A stretch of DNA of 32,000 nucleotides from Aliivibrio fischeri ES114 (GCF_000011805.1 NC_006840.2), one strand, 5' to 3'; positions 1-11,313 are shown, counted from the stretch's first letter. The notes: generated by a model not told the origin, from the letters alone. Numbers and translations are program-made.

Positions 1-2
1 CT

Positions 3-1124
3 GGTGCAACAGTACTAACTGGGTTAGATCATTTACCAAAAGCGATTTTATTCTATCGCCAACTGCTCCAATGGTTTGGTGGTATGGGGATCATTGTATT
101 AGCTGTGGCTATCTTACCGGTTCTAGGAATTGGTGGTATGCAGCTGTATCGTGCTGAAATCCCTGGTCCAGTTAAAGATTCCAAAATGACGCCACGCATA
201 GCGGAAACAGCAAAGGTGCTTTGGTATATCTACCTAACCTTAACTATTGCCTGCGCATTGGCATTCTGGGTTGCCGGAATGGGGTGGTTTGATGCTATTT
301 CTCATAGTTTTTCAACCATAGCGATTGGTGGGTTTTCTACTTATGATGCCAGTATGGGGCACTTTAATAGCCCTGTGATTAACGCTATTACGGTCGTATT
401 TTTATTGATATCGGCTTGTAACTTTTCACTTCACTTTGCTGCGTTTGCATCGGGTGGTGTTCATCCAAAATATTATTGGCGTGATCCTGAATTTAGAGCA
501 TTTATTTTCATTCAAATTCTCTTATTCTTAATTACTTTTTTATTGTTGCTAAAGCACAATACATATAACTCGGTCGGAACCGCAATTGATCAGGCGTTAT
601 TCCAAACCGTGTCAATTTCAACGACAGCAGGATTTACGACGACTAGCTTTGCTGAATGGCCACTGTTTTTACCTGTTTTATTACTGTTTTCTTCTTTTAT
701 TGGTGGTTGTGCAGGCTCAACCGGTGGCGGTATGAAAGTGATTCGTATTTTATTACTGTCATTGCAAGGCATGCGTGAAATTAAGCGATTGATTCACCCA
801 AGAGCGATTTATACGATTAAGATTGGAACTAAAGCACTACCTCAGCGTGTGGTTGATGCGGTATGGGGTTTCTTCTCTGCTTATGCCTTGGTGTTTGTTA
901 TTTGTATGCTGGCATTAATTGCTACAGGGATTGATGAATTGACTGCTTTCTCTGCAGTTGCAGCAACATTGAATAATTTAGGACCAGGTTTGGGTGAAGT
1001 TGCGGTTCACTTTGGTGAAGTAAATGATGCCGCAAAATGGATACTGATTATCGCTATGCTGTTTGGACGTTTAGAGGTATTTACGCTTCTTATTTTGTTC
1101 ACACCGACGTTTTGGCGTAGCTAG
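3..1124 (+). CDS. trkH: TrkH-family K+ uptake membrane subunit (C-terminal ~373 aa; 5' end lies outside the window)
   Basis: The frame is open from the window edge (GATVLTGLDHLPKAILFYRQLLQWFGGMGIIVLAVAILP...). Polytopic hydrophobic protein with the repeated glycine pore-loop motifs typical of TrkH/KtrB (IAIGGFST, STTAGFTT, GGCAGSTGGGMKV, NLGPGLG). The trkH-hemG adjacency matches E. coli. Confidence 0.85.
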   Translation, partial: GATVLTGLDHLPKAILFYRQLLQWFGGMGIIVLAVAILPVLGIGGMQLYRAEIPGPVKDSKMTPRIAETAKVLWYIYLTLTIACALAFWVAGMGWFDAISHSFSTIAIGGFSTYDASMGHFNSPVINAITVVFLLISACNFSLHFAAFASGGVHPKYYWRDPEFRAFIFIQILLFLITFLLLLKHNTYNSVGTAIDQALFQTVSISTTAGFTTTSFAEWPLFLPVLLLFSSFIGGCAGSTGGGMKVIRILLLSLQGMREIKRLIHPRAIYTIKIGTKALPQRVVDAVWGFFSAYALVFVICMLALIATGIDELTAFSAVAATLNNLGPGLGEVAVHFGEVNDAAKWILIIAMLFGRLEVFTLLILFTPTFWRS

Positions 1125-1156
1125 TTTTTATAATTAAACAGATTAAAGGGTTTACT

Positions 1157-1681
1157 GTGGAAAGAGTATTACTTCTTCACTCAAGTCGTGAAGGTCAAAC
1201 GATTAAAATATTGAACTACATTGCGACAAAGTTAGGAAGTGATGTTCAGTGTGAATTAGTTGATTTACACCAACCGCTATCGGTTTCATTTTCTGATTAT
1301 GATCGTGTTGTTATTGGTGCTTCAATTCGTTATGGCCACTTAAATAAAAAGCTATATCAATTTATCACTAAGTACCAAACGGAATTAGAACAGGCTAAGG
1401 CTGGGTTCTTTATTGTTAACTTAACCGCTCGTAAAGAGGGGAAAGATACGCCTGAAACGAGTGTGTACTTTAAGAAGTTCTTACTTAAATCGCCTTGGGT
1501 TCCTGCGTTACAAGATACGTTTGCTGGTGCATTGTTTTATCCTCGCTATAACTGGTTTGATCGTGTCATGATTCAATTCATAATGAAAATGACAGGTGGT
1601 GAAACGGATCCAACTAAGGAAGTTGAATACACTAACTGGCAACGAGTTGATCAATTCGTAGAGAAGATTAAACGCGGTTAA
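1157..1681 (+). CDS. hemG: Menaquinone-dependent protoporphyrinogen IX dehydrogenase (flavodoxin-like HemG)
   Basis: 174-aa ORF collinear with E. coli HemG as I recall it (LLHSSREGQT, YDRVVIGASIRYGH, YPRYNWFDRVMIQFIMKMTGGETD). GTG start is preceded by AAAGGG. Sits directly downstream of trkH. Confidence 0.85.
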   Translation: MERVLLLHSSREGQTIKILNYIATKLGSDVQCELVDLHQPLSVSFSDYDRVVIGASIRYGHLNKKLYQFITKYQTELEQAKAGFFIVNLTARKEGKDTPETSVYFKKFLLKSPWVPALQDTFAGALFYPRYNWFDRVMIQFIMKMTGGETDPTKEVEYTNWQRVDQFVEKIKRG

Positions 1682-1799
1682 GTTTTACCCATTTTGGATA
1701 AAATAGTGCGATATAAGTAGAATTTTTGTTTTAGATTCAAATTTTTAGCTTCAAAAGTATGGATTTTATTATTGAAGTGATTACAATAGCACGCACAAC

Positions 1800-1876
<77 letters not shown>

Positions 1877-1886
1877 TATTTAGAGA

Positions 1887-1917
1887 AGGCTCATATCGAA
1901 AGGTATGAGCCTTTTTG
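1887..1917 (+). terminator. Rho-independent terminator after tRNA-Trp (repeated at 2013-2043 and 2139-2170)
   Basis: Perfect 9-bp stem AGGCTCATA / TATGAGCCT with an 8-nt loop, followed by a TTTTT run. Confidence 0.8.
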
Positions 1918-1936
1918 CTGTCTGGGATTTGAGAAA

Positions 1937-2002
1937 AGAGCCACGGATTCCTCCGCCATAAGAACGCGCGTGTTGGGAGTTCGAATCTCTCCACCCCTGC
2001 CA
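1937..2002 (+). pseudogene. 5'-truncated tRNA-Trp remnant, copy 1
   Basis: AGAGCCACGGATTCC matches AGAGCAGCGGATTCC of the intact gene. The anticodon loop is then replaced by TCCGCCATAAGAACGCG. An intact T-arm, 3' acceptor strand and CCA follow. The 5' acceptor strand and D-arm are absent, so no cloverleaf can form. Confidence 0.75.
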
Positions 2003-2062
2003 TATTTAGAGAAGGCTCATATCGAAAGGTATGAGCCTTTTTGCTGTCTGGGATTTGAGAAA

Positions 2063-2128
2063 AGAGCCACGGATTCCTCCGCCATAAGAACGCGCGTGTT
2101 GGGAGTTCGAATCTCTCCACCCCTGCCA
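2063..2128 (+). pseudogene. 5'-truncated tRNA-Trp remnant, copy 2
   Basis: Same structure as 1937-2002, shifted by 126 bp. Confidence 0.75.
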
Positions 2129-2309
2129 TATTTAGAAAAGGCTCATATCGAAAGGTATGAGCCTTTTTTCTGTCTGGGATTTGAGAAAATAAACGAGACT
2201 AATAGCTTATTGATAATAATAACTATTTCCTTTTATATCTTGCAATTATGCTTAATTTATATTCAGATACGTAACTTATAAAATATAAATATAATTACCG
2301 GGATGTATT

Positions 2310-5063
2310 ATGAAAGGTTATTGGTTGGCGTTTATTGCTTGCTTGTTTATTTCAGGATGTGCAACCACATCAGTTACAGAACTTAAATCTGATCCTCGTT
2401 GGGTCAGTGGTCAGCTTGATAATGGATTCCGTTATCATATTTATCCTGATCGAGAAAAAGAAGTATCTATTCGTTTTATTGTACATGCTGGCTCATTTCA
2501 AGAGACACAAAATCAAAAAGGTTACGCTCATTTCGTAGAGCATATGGCTTTTAATGGTAGCGAACACTTTTCGCAAAATGATGTTATCTCTCTATTTGAA
2601 GATGCAGGATTAAGTTTTGGAGCGGATATTAACGCTTACACTTCTTATTCTGAAACCGTGTATAAACTTGATTTACCTGATAACTCTCAGCTTAACAATG
2701 CGCTTGTTTGGATGAGAGATATTGGTGATGGTATTGAACTGTCATCTAAAGAAGTGGAAAAAGAGAAAGAGGTTATTCTTGGTGAGTTTCGTTACTCAAG
2801 GTTAGAAGATAAGCCTATTTCGGCTCAGTTTTATGAGCATATGACCGCAGGAACTGTTTATGAAAATAGCGATCCTATTGGGAATAAGGAGTCGGTTTTA
2901 TCTGCGTCCTCAACACAACTTACAGAGTTTTATCAGCAGTGGTATCAACCTCAATTAACCGAAATTGTTATTAGTGGCGATGTTACTCTTGAAGGTGCGA
3001 TTACACTGATAACTAAACATTTTGAAAGTTGGAAGAAAGGTTCTTCAGCTGTAAGTACGATGCCATTAGAGCCTCTAAATCAAAATGACTTTATTGTTAA
3101 AGTGGCAAGTGGTGAGCCACCAAGTATTGCTCTGGTTATTGATCGTGGTGATTTTAGAGTAAATACAAGAGAACAGCAGCATCAACTATGGTTAGATGAA
3201 ATTGCTCATTCAATTATTCAGCAAAGGTTAGGTGGTGTATTCCTTGACGCTGCAATGCCTGTTCAATGGATTTACTCGACGGATTACTATGTATCTGATC
3301 AGCGTTATTTTATTTCTTCAGTCTCATTTCCTGCTAGTTATAGAACCCAAAGCCAAACACTATTTTTAGATACGTTAGCTTCATTACGAGATCATGGTGT
3401 GTCACATGGTGAGTTGGATAACTTACTTCAACCTTATCATTATCAACTTGATAATCTTGATGCAAATCTTGAAAACTTAACGCCTTATGATCATGTTGAA
3501 AACAGAGTTAATGGTGTTGTGAGTCAGCAGATAAGTCAATCCAGTTTAGATTACAAGGCAAGTTTGACGTCATTTTTAGCAGCGACAGATTTGAAGGTTG
3601 TTAATGATCATATTGATGAGTTGCTTTCGTCTTCATACCAATTTGCTATTGGTGTTGATGCCGTTGAATCTCTCTCTCAAATAGAATTAAGTATTCCTGA
3701 GTTAAAGTCTGTGTATGCAAAATCGGGAAGTGAACCACTAATTAATAATGTTAGTGCTGCTTTTCCTGTTCCAATGAGCAGTGGAATTATTTTGTCTGAA
3801 ACTAAATTATTTGAGGAGGTTGATTTAACTCGCTGGACACTAGATAACGGATTAAATGTTCTTTATTTGAGAAAAACCGATGCCGGTGATGACGTGGTGT
3901 TTTCGTTAGCAAGCCAAGGCGGAATAGCTGCATTGCCTTCAGAGTTGATACCAGCCGCGAATATTGCCATACCAGCAGTGACTCGTAGCGGTCTTGGTAA
4001 ATTCACGGGCTCTCAGTTAGATGCTCATTTGAGAAATGAAGGTATTGAGCTTTATCCTTTTATTAATTTTACTCATCACGGTCTTGAAGGAATTACGGAT
4101 AAAGAAGGGCTTGCTGAGACGTTTGCTGTAATTACTGCAATTATGTCTGAAATTAATGTTGATGAAGAGCAGTTAAAAGCGGTAAAGCAGGAGTTTGAAC
4201 AAAACAGAGATGCTTATATCTCTACATCTCTTGGTCAGTTTACTAAAGCTATTAATAGGAACACTTATTCTTCTACTAATCGACATCAACTACTTGATGG
4301 GGAGGATGTAAATCTCGTTACTAGTGAACAGATTAAACGAGTACATCAGTTATTATTTCAACAGAATCGTAATTATCAGTTAGTGATTGTAGCTGATTTA
4401 AAACCGTCAGAGTTAAAACCATTACTTCGTCAGTACTTAGCAAATATACGTTTAGGTGCTGCAGAGAAAACGAATTACGCTGTTACTTATAAGTCAGATT
4501 CTGTACCGAGTATTAGCATGGCGGTAAATACCGAACAGAGTAGTCATTATATTTCTCAGTTTATAGCGGTTCAGGGCTTGGAAGATCACTCTGCAAAATC
4601 CATTTTTATTCAGGATATGCTGCAAAGAATAGTATCTAAGAGATTGATGCACTATGTTCGAGAAGAACTCAGTTTAGATTATGCTCCATATGCGCTTATG
4701 GTGAATGCTGACAGTGAGTTTAAGCCTCATTGGGTTATGGGGGCACAAGTTGACCCTAAGAATGCAGAACTTATTGAATCTGCCATTGATAAGGTAATAA
4801 AAGATTTATTACGTGGGGTAACAGAAAATGAAGTTAATGCTGCAGCTAAACAGCTAGTGGTTGATTTAGAACCATTAAAAAATAACAGCACTCAGCAAGC
4901 ATGGCTGCTAAATCGTTACACCATACATAACTACGGAATTGAAGCTCTATTTGGTATTTCAGAAACAGCAAACTCAGTTAATGCAGAAGATATAAATAGA
5001 TTGATCAAATATTCATTTGGTAAAAACAGTCATCAATTTAAGTATCTATCGACTCCAATTTAA
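2310..5063 (+). CDS. M16-family zinc metallopeptidase (PqqL-like, double M16 unit), predicted lipoprotein
   Basis: 917-aa ORF. N-terminal signal with lipobox (LFISGC at residues 12-17). Inverted zinc motif HFVEHMAFNG (HxxEH) in the first ~80 residues. Size and two-lobed organisation are typical of PqqL/YddC-like periplasmic peptidases. Confidence 0.8.
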   Translation: MKGYWLAFIACLFISGCATTSVTELKSDPRWVSGQLDNGFRYHIYPDREKEVSIRFIVHAGSFQETQNQKGYAHFVEHMAFNGSEHFSQNDVISLFEDAGLSFGADINAYTSYSETVYKLDLPDNSQLNNALVWMRDIGDGIELSSKEVEKEKEVILGEFRYSRLEDKPISAQFYEHMTAGTVYENSDPIGNKESVLSASSTQLTEFYQQWYQPQLTEIVISGDVTLEGAITLITKHFESWKKGSSAVSTMPLEPLNQNDFIVKVASGEPPSIALVIDRGDFRVNTREQQHQLWLDEIAHSIIQQRLGGVFLDAAMPVQWIYSTDYYVSDQRYFISSVSFPASYRTQSQTLFLDTLASLRDHGVSHGELDNLLQPYHYQLDNLDANLENLTPYDHVENRVNGVVSQQISQSSLDYKASLTSFLAATDLKVVNDHIDELLSSSYQFAIGVDAVESLSQIELSIPELKSVYAKSGSEPLINNVSAAFPVPMSSGIILSETKLFEEVDLTRWTLDNGLNVLYLRKTDAGDDVVFSLASQGGIAALPSELIPAANIAIPAVTRSGLGKFTGSQLDAHLRNEGIELYPFINFTHHGLEGITDKEGLAETFAVITAIMSEINVDEEQLKAVKQEFEQNRDAYISTSLGQFTKAINRNTYSSTNRHQLLDGEDVNLVTSEQIKRVHQLLFQQNRNYQLVIVADLKPSELKPLLRQYLANIRLGAAEKTNYAVTYKSDSVPSISMAVNTEQSSHYISQFIAVQGLEDHSAKSIFIQDMLQRIVSKRLMHYVREELSLDYAPYALMVNADSEFKPHWVMGAQVDPKNAELIESAIDKVIKDLLRGVTENEVNAAAKQLVVDLEPLKNNSTQQAWLLNRYTIHNYGIEALFGISETANSVNAEDINRLIKYSFGKNSHQFKYLSTPI

Positions 5064-5081
5064 TTTTTTGTGATCTATGTC

Positions 5082-5109
5082 TTGTTTTTTAGGGCGTAGA
5101 TAGTAAAAT
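5082..5109 (+). promoter_or_regulatory. Possible sigma70 promoter for the small ORF
   Basis: TTGTTT (5082-5087), 16-nt spacer, TAAAAT (5104-5109). Pattern match only. Confidence 0.3.
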
Positions 5110-5143
5110 CGCTGCTTAATTAATCATCTAGGGTTTTGTTTAA

Positions 5144-5338
5144 ATGGGTTACGATTTAGGTACTGTTTATCTTGGTCAAATGGCTGCAAAAAAAATGCTT
5201 AATGAAGAAATGTATGGCAAACAGCAACCAAGAACAAAGAAAACAGCAGTAACAAAAAAACTTTGGAAAGGATTCGAAAAAGTTAATACTAAAATGGCAA
5301 ACATGGTGAGTGGATACATTCCTGTATTAACTTGGTAA
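5144..5338 (+). CDS. Hypothetical small basic protein (64 aa)
   Basis: Stand-alone ORF with a candidate promoter upstream and a clean terminator 20 nt downstream. Lysine-rich with no recognisable motif. The RBS is weak (AGGG about 10 nt upstream). Confidence 0.4.
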   Translation: MGYDLGTVYLGQMAAKKMLNEEMYGKQQPRTKKTAVTKKLWKGFEKVNTKMANMVSGYIPVLTW

Positions 5339-5359
5339 ATGATTTACTGAATAGTTTGA

Positions 5360-5390
5360 AAGGGCATACCTAAGGTGTGCCTTTTTTATT
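5360..5390 (+). terminator. Rho-independent terminator
   Basis: GGCATACC-TAA-GGTGTGCC hairpin with one G.U pair, followed by TTTTTT. Confidence 0.75.
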
Positions 5391-5449
5391 TGCCATTTGA
5401 AAATGATAGGAGTAGCATTCCGCTTGTTGTTTGGTTCTTATGCCAAATA

Positions 5450-5514
5450 CGGGTGATGGATTTCCACCTTTAACCGCTCTATTTTTAGAGATAATGATTC
5501 CTACTATAGCGTTA
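5450..5514 (+). promoter_or_regulatory. Fluoride riboswitch (crcB RNA motif)
   Basis: GGGTGATGGATTTCCACCTTTAACCGCTCTATTTTTAGAGATAATGATTCCTAC carries the conserved blocks of the crcB motif: GGNGATGG...CC, AACCGC, a short P2 hairpin CTCT/AGAG, and TAATGATNCCTAC. It lies ~120 nt upstream of a CLC-F type gene. Confidence 0.8.
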
Positions 5515-5636
5515 CCTTGATCAGTGAGTCTGATCGTATTGGGGTAGATCCGTCTATGGTAGAGCAGTTTGTTATTTCTCTTCTCTTCTAAGATCGTCTA
5601 TCCTTTTGTTTAACCATTATTTAAAGATAGAGATCC

Positions 5637-7016
5637 ATGGCACATCCTCTTAATCGAAATTTTCAAAACTTATTTCAAGTAGCTCGTTGGTCATTACTAA
5701 TTCTACCTGTTGCTTTATTGGTAGGGTCATTTAATGCATTCTTCTTATGGTTACTAAGTGAAGCAACGCAAGCTCGTATTGCGAATCCATGGTTGATTTA
5801 TTTATTACCAGTTGCTGGTTTAGCTATTGTTTATAGCTACCGAAATTGGGGTAAAAATTCGGCGGGCGGTAATAACTTAATTATGGATGAAATCCACCAA
5901 GCTGGGGAAGGTGTTCCAGTAAGAATGGGGCCATTAGTGTTATTTACTACGGTGATAACGCATTTATTTGGTGGTTCTGCTGGTCGTGAAGGTACGGCTG
6001 TTCAAATAGGTGGTGCAACAACAGATTGGTTATCTAAAGTCTTTAAGCTATCTGAAGATGACCGAAAAATGATGCTAACCGCAGGTGTTGCTGCTGGTTT
6101 TGCTTCTATTTTTGGAACGCCTTTTACTGGGGCTATTTTTGCTCTTGAAGTATTGTTTATTGGGCGTATTAAGTTCAATGCCATCATTCCTGCGCTATTG
6201 GCTGCTATCTTAGCTAATGTGGTCGCTTCGGCTTGGGGTGCTCATCATACGCATTATTTAATTAACTTTGATCAGGTTAGCACCTTGTTTGGTCATGCTG
6301 TTGATATCGATCTTTTATTAATGGCTAAAGTGATTATTGCTGCAATTGGTTTTGGTATTGCTGGTTATTTGTTTGGTGAGTTAACTCATGGCTTTAAAGA
6401 CCTGTTTAACGCAACATTAAAGAACCCATATTTGATTGTAGTTGTGGGTGGTTTGATGGTCATCATCATTACGCAATTACTTGGCAATTATGATTACATT
6501 GGTATTGGTGTTTATCCAAGTCGTGATGGTGGTGTGAGCATTACTTCTGCATTTACAGAAGGTGGAGCTGAGTGGTATAGCTGGATTTTAAAATTGGTAT
6601 TAACTGCGATTACTCTTGCTGCTGGTTATAAAGGTGGTGAAGTAACACCGTTGTTTTTTGTTGGTGCTACGTTAGGTAACTTCTTAGGTTGGGTTATGGG
6701 GGCTCCGGTTGATTTATTTGCTGCTCTGGGTTTCCTTGCTGTATTTGCAGCTGCAACCAATACACCATTAGCTTGTACGATTATGGGTGTGGAACTGTTT
6801 GGTGCTGAGTATTTACCTTATTTCGCATTAGCGTGTTATACGGCTTATTACTTTAGTGGTCATACCGGTATTTACTCTTCGCAACGTGTTGCTGTTTCTA
6901 AAACATTAGAGCATGGTCGTGATCATGACGGCTTAAATAAAATAGGGTCATATCGTGAACATAATTCATCGTCATTAAAACACCTAGCGAATAAGCTAAC
7001 TAAAAAAGACAAATAG
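5637..7016 (+). CDS. CLC-F family fluoride/proton antiporter (EriC-F)
   Basis: 459-aa polytopic ClC-fold protein. It carries the CLC-F variants of the selectivity motifs: GGNNLIM in place of [13 protein letters not shown] in place of GKEGP, and GGEVTPLFF. Preceded by a fluoride riboswitch. Confidence 0.85.
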   Translation: MAHPLNRNFQNLFQVARWSLLILPVALLVGSFNAFFLWLLSEATQARIANPWLIYLLPVAGLAIVYSYRNWGKNSAGGNNLIMDEIHQAGEGVPVRMGPLVLFTTVITHLFGGSAGREGTAVQIGGATTDWLSKVFKLSEDDRKMMLTAGVAAGFASIFGTPFTGAIFALEVLFIGRIKFNAIIPALLAAILANVVASAWGAHHTHYLINFDQVSTLFGHAVDIDLLLMAKVIIAAIGFGIAGYLFGELTHGFKDLFNATLKNPYLIVVVGGLMVIIITQLLGNYDYIGIGVYPSRDGGVSITSAFTEGGAEWYSWILKLVLTAITLAAGYKGGEVTPLFFVGATLGNFLGWVMGAPVDLFAALGFLAVFAAATNTPLACTIMGVELFGAEYLPYFALACYTAYYFSGHTGIYSSQRVAVSKTLEHGRDHDGLNKIGSYREHNSSSLKHLANKLTKKDK

Positions 7017-7029
7017 TTTCACGTGAAAC
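7016..7029. repeat. Palindrome family copy 1 (GTTTCACGTGAAAC)
   Basis: Perfect 14-bp palindrome that starts on the last base of the CLC-F TAG stop codon. Confidence 0.75.
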
Positions 7030-7319
7030 ATGATGGTTTATCTAGATTAGAACTTGGTAGAGAGAATTAGAACCTAATGTGCTTCTCCACAAAAAATAAC
7101 ACTGTATTTGTTGGTGTAAGAGCTACGGATGACAAAGGTGGTTTTTTGCTGAGAAGCACACAAGGTTTAATATGGATTGTCGATATGTAAAACTCTATAT
7201 GCGCTCACTCACAAACTCAGCCAACCACTTGATAACTTTTTTCTCTTCCATTTCATTTCTTGCATACTTTCTTTATACTCCGAAGACGTTCAGATTTTGA
7301 TTCAACGATCTGAAAGAAA

Positions 7320-7415
7320 CTTGTCGGAGTGCTTAGTGCTTTTTAAAGTACGAGCTGAGACCGCAGTGCGGGATCCGTAGAACCTGATCAGGCTAATACC
7401 TGCGAAGGGAACAAG
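7320..7415 (+). promoter_or_regulatory. TPP (THI-box) riboswitch
   Basis: P1 CTTGT...ACAAG encloses GGAGTGC...GAGCTGAGA...AACCTGATCAGGCTAATACCTGCGAAGGGA, which contains the hallmark CTGAGA and ACCTGATC.GG.TAATACC.GCG blocks. Located upstream of thiC. Confidence 0.88.
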
Positions 7416-7553
7416 AGACAATTTACATCTCAGTTTATGAAACCATATCTACAGATTGAAAGGTACAGACGTAGCTGAATTTTAGCTGCTATTTATTCTT
7501 TTTAACTTGTGGGTATAACAGTACAGACAGATATTCTCTGCAGCATAAACTAA

Positions 7554-9551
<1,998 letters not shown>

Positions 9552-9565
9552 CGATGATAATAAGG

Positions 9566-9585
9566 GATGTTTCACGTGGAACATC
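9566..9585. repeat. Palindrome family copy 2 (GATGTTTCACGTGGAACATC)
   Basis: 20-bp palindrome with one mismatch, in the 70-bp thiC-thiE spacer. Confidence 0.75.
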
Positions 9586-9621
9586 TCTTAGTTTTGTATA
9601 CGGAATTGAGGTGAGACAGCA

Positions 9622-10281
9622 ATGTTTGCATTCCCTAATATTGATAAAAGTAAGTTTGGTTTATATCCCGTAGTTGATGATGTGTCGTGGATAGAAAAAT
9701 TATTAAAGCTCGATGTAAAGACAATCCAATTGAGAATTAAGAATCCAGAACAAGCAGACTTAGAGCAACAGATTATAAAAGCGATTAGGCTGGGCCGCGA
9801 ATACGATGCTCAGGTGTTCATCAATGACTATTGGCAGTTAGCTATTAAGCACAACGCATTTGGTATTCATCTTGGACAAGAAGACATAGAGGTTGCCGAT
9901 TTACAGGCGATTGCTGAGGCGAATATTTGTCTTGGTTTGTCGACACACGATGATAGTGAACTATTAAAAGTAAAAGCCCTAAACCCAAGCTATTTAGCGC
10001 TTGGTCATATTTTTCCTACACCAACGAAAGAGATGCCATCACAACCACAAGGTTTGACCAATCTTGCAAAGAATCAACAATTAGCTGGAGATACTCCGAC
10101 CGTTGCGATTGGCGGTATTGATCTATCCGTTGCTAATGATGTGTGGCAAACCGGTGTTGATAGTATTGCGGTAGTTCGAGCGATTACTGAGGCTGAGGAT
10201 ACAGAGCAGGCCGTCGCGAAATTTAACGCCATCATTTCTGAACCAAGAAGAGGAAATCTACAGGAGGTTGCTTATGAGTAA
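9622..10281 (+). CDS. thiE: Thiamine-phosphate synthase
   Basis: 219-aa ORF with a TIM-barrel ThiE-like sequence (LYPVVD, IQLRIK, GIHLGQED, VAIGGI). Position in the thiCEFSGH order. Confidence 0.85.
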   Translation: MFAFPNIDKSKFGLYPVVDDVSWIEKLLKLDVKTIQLRIKNPEQADLEQQIIKAIRLGREYDAQVFINDYWQLAIKHNAFGIHLGQEDIEVADLQAIAEANICLGLSTHDDSELLKVKALNPSYLALGHIFPTPTKEMPSQPQGLTNLAKNQQLAGDTPTVAIGGIDLSVANDVWQTGVDSIAVVRAITEAEDTEQAVAKFNAIISEPRRGNLQEVAYE

Positions 10282-11107
10282 CCAGTTAATGGAAGGGTTA
10301 AGTGACCAAGATTTTCTGCGTTATAGCCGTCAAATTATGTTGCCTGATATTGGTGATAAAGGGCAAATAACATTAAGAAATAGTACGGTTCTAATAATCG
10401 GTTGTGGCGGATTGGGTTCTTCGGTTGGAATGTATTTATCCGCTTCTGGTATCGGTACATTAATCATTGCTGATGGAGACAAAGTTGAATTAAGTAACTT
10501 ACAGCGACAAGTGGTGTATCGCGATAACAACTTAAATCAAAATAAAGCGATGGCAATGGCGCACCAACTTAAAGGGTTGAATGGTACAACTCATATTGAA
10601 GTGATCAGCCATAAGTTAACAGAGCCAGAGTTATCCCGTTTTATTAATCAAGTCGACGTGGTTTTGGATTGCTCTGATAATTTGCCAACGCGTCATGAAA
10701 CTAATGCGGCATGTGTAAAGCATAACGTTCCACTTATTTCTGGTGCAGCAATTGGATGGCAAGGGCAGTTAATGTTGTTTTCAAATCAGGTTACGGAAAA
10801 TAACACGTCGTGCTATCACTGTTTATTTCCTTTTACTGAAAGCCAGCAAACACAAAACTGTCAGTCGTTCGGAATTGTGGGACCGGTGGTAGGCATGATA
10901 GGAAACTTACAGGCATTAGAAACCATTAAATACCTTACTCAACCTAGTTACATGAAATGGGACACCATTCATCAGTTTGATGGCCGCTCTTTGGCTTGGT
11001 CATCGATAAAAATTCCAAAAGACAGCCAATGTTCAATCTGTGCTTCAACAGTAACTAATGATGTTTCACGTGAAACACACTCAAAGGGAGAGACTTGTCA
11101 TGAGTGA
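10274..11107 (+). CDS. thiF: Sulfur-carrier protein ThiS adenylyltransferase
   Basis: E1-like fold: RYSRQIMLP, nucleotide loop GCGGLGS, and two CxxC pairs (CYHC, CSIC). I prefer ATG 10274, which lies 6 nt after AGGAGG, over the ORF-track TTG at 10268. Overlaps the thiE stop by 8 nt. Confidence 0.85.
   Translation: MSNQLMEGLSDQDFLRYSRQIMLPDIGDKGQITLRNSTVLIIGCGGLGSSVGMYLSASGIGTLIIADGDKVELSNLQRQVVYRDNNLNQNKAMAMAHQLKGLNGTTHIEVISHKLTEPELSRFINQVDVVLDCSDNLPTRHETNAACVKHNVPLISGAAIGWQGQLMLFSNQVTENNTSCYHCLFPFTESQQTQNCQSFGIVGPVVGMIGNLQALETIKYLTQPSYMKWDTIHQFDGRSLAWSSIKIPKDSQCSICASTVTNDVSRETHSKGETCHE
11061..11078. repeat. Palindrome family copy 3 (ATGTTTCACGTGAAACAC; perfect 16-bp core 11062-11077)
   Basis: Lies inside the last ~15 codons of thiF, where it encodes ..DVSRET.., and just upstream of thiS. 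Confidence 0.75.
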
Positions 11108-11111
11108 TTTA

Positions 11112-11312
11112 ATGTCAATAGAACTTAATGGTGTGTCTTATCGAGTTGAGGTCACGCATACATTATCTTCATTTTTAGAATACCATGGTATTGATACACA
11201 AGGATGTGCTGTTGCAATCAGTAATCAGATAATACCGAGATCAGAGTGGCAAAAGCGTGGGTTATCACAGGGTGAATCCATTTCTTTATTTCAAGCAATC
11301 GCTGGAGGCTAA
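11112..11312 (+). CDS. thiS: Sulfur carrier protein ThiS
   Basis: 66-aa product ending in the diagnostic C-terminal GG (..FQAIAGG). ATG 11100 is an alternative start. The ORF-track start at 11058 (MMFHVKH) is generated by the palindrome and is not credible. Confidence 0.85.
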   Translation: MSIELNGVSYRVEVTHTLSSFLEYHGIDTQGCAVAISNQIIPRSEWQKRGLSQGESISLFQAIAGG

Positions 11313-11313
11313 C

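Noticed and set aside
5391-5449. Attempt to place a sigma70 promoter for the fluoride riboswitch (TTGAAA at ~5396, TTGTTG at ~5424).
   Set aside because: No hexamer pair with acceptable 16-18 nt spacing could be found by eye, so no promoter is reported.
7078-7160. Perfect 10-bp inverted repeat TGTGCTTCTC ... GAGAAGCACA separated by 63 nt, downstream of the CLC-F gene.
   Set aside because: The loop is long, there is no T-tract or promoter, and there is no second copy in the window. It could be an sRNA or REP-like hairpin, but I cannot support any call from sequence alone.
7177-7380. 67-aa ORF upstream of thiC.
   Set aside because: Its 3' part is the TPP riboswitch aptamer. There is no RBS, and the position is typical of a non-coding leader.
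11058-11111. N-terminal extension of thiS (MMFHVKHTQRERLVMSDL..) suggested by the ORF track, and the 61-aa minus-strand ORF 15787-15972 (MFHVKHGYSS..).
   Set aside because: Both starts are the ATG built into the palindrome ATGTTTCACGTGAAACAT, which reads MFHVKH on either strand. ThiS from ATG 11112 is already the canonical 66 aa. The 61-aa ORF is AT-rich promoter region of the hexosaminidase gene.
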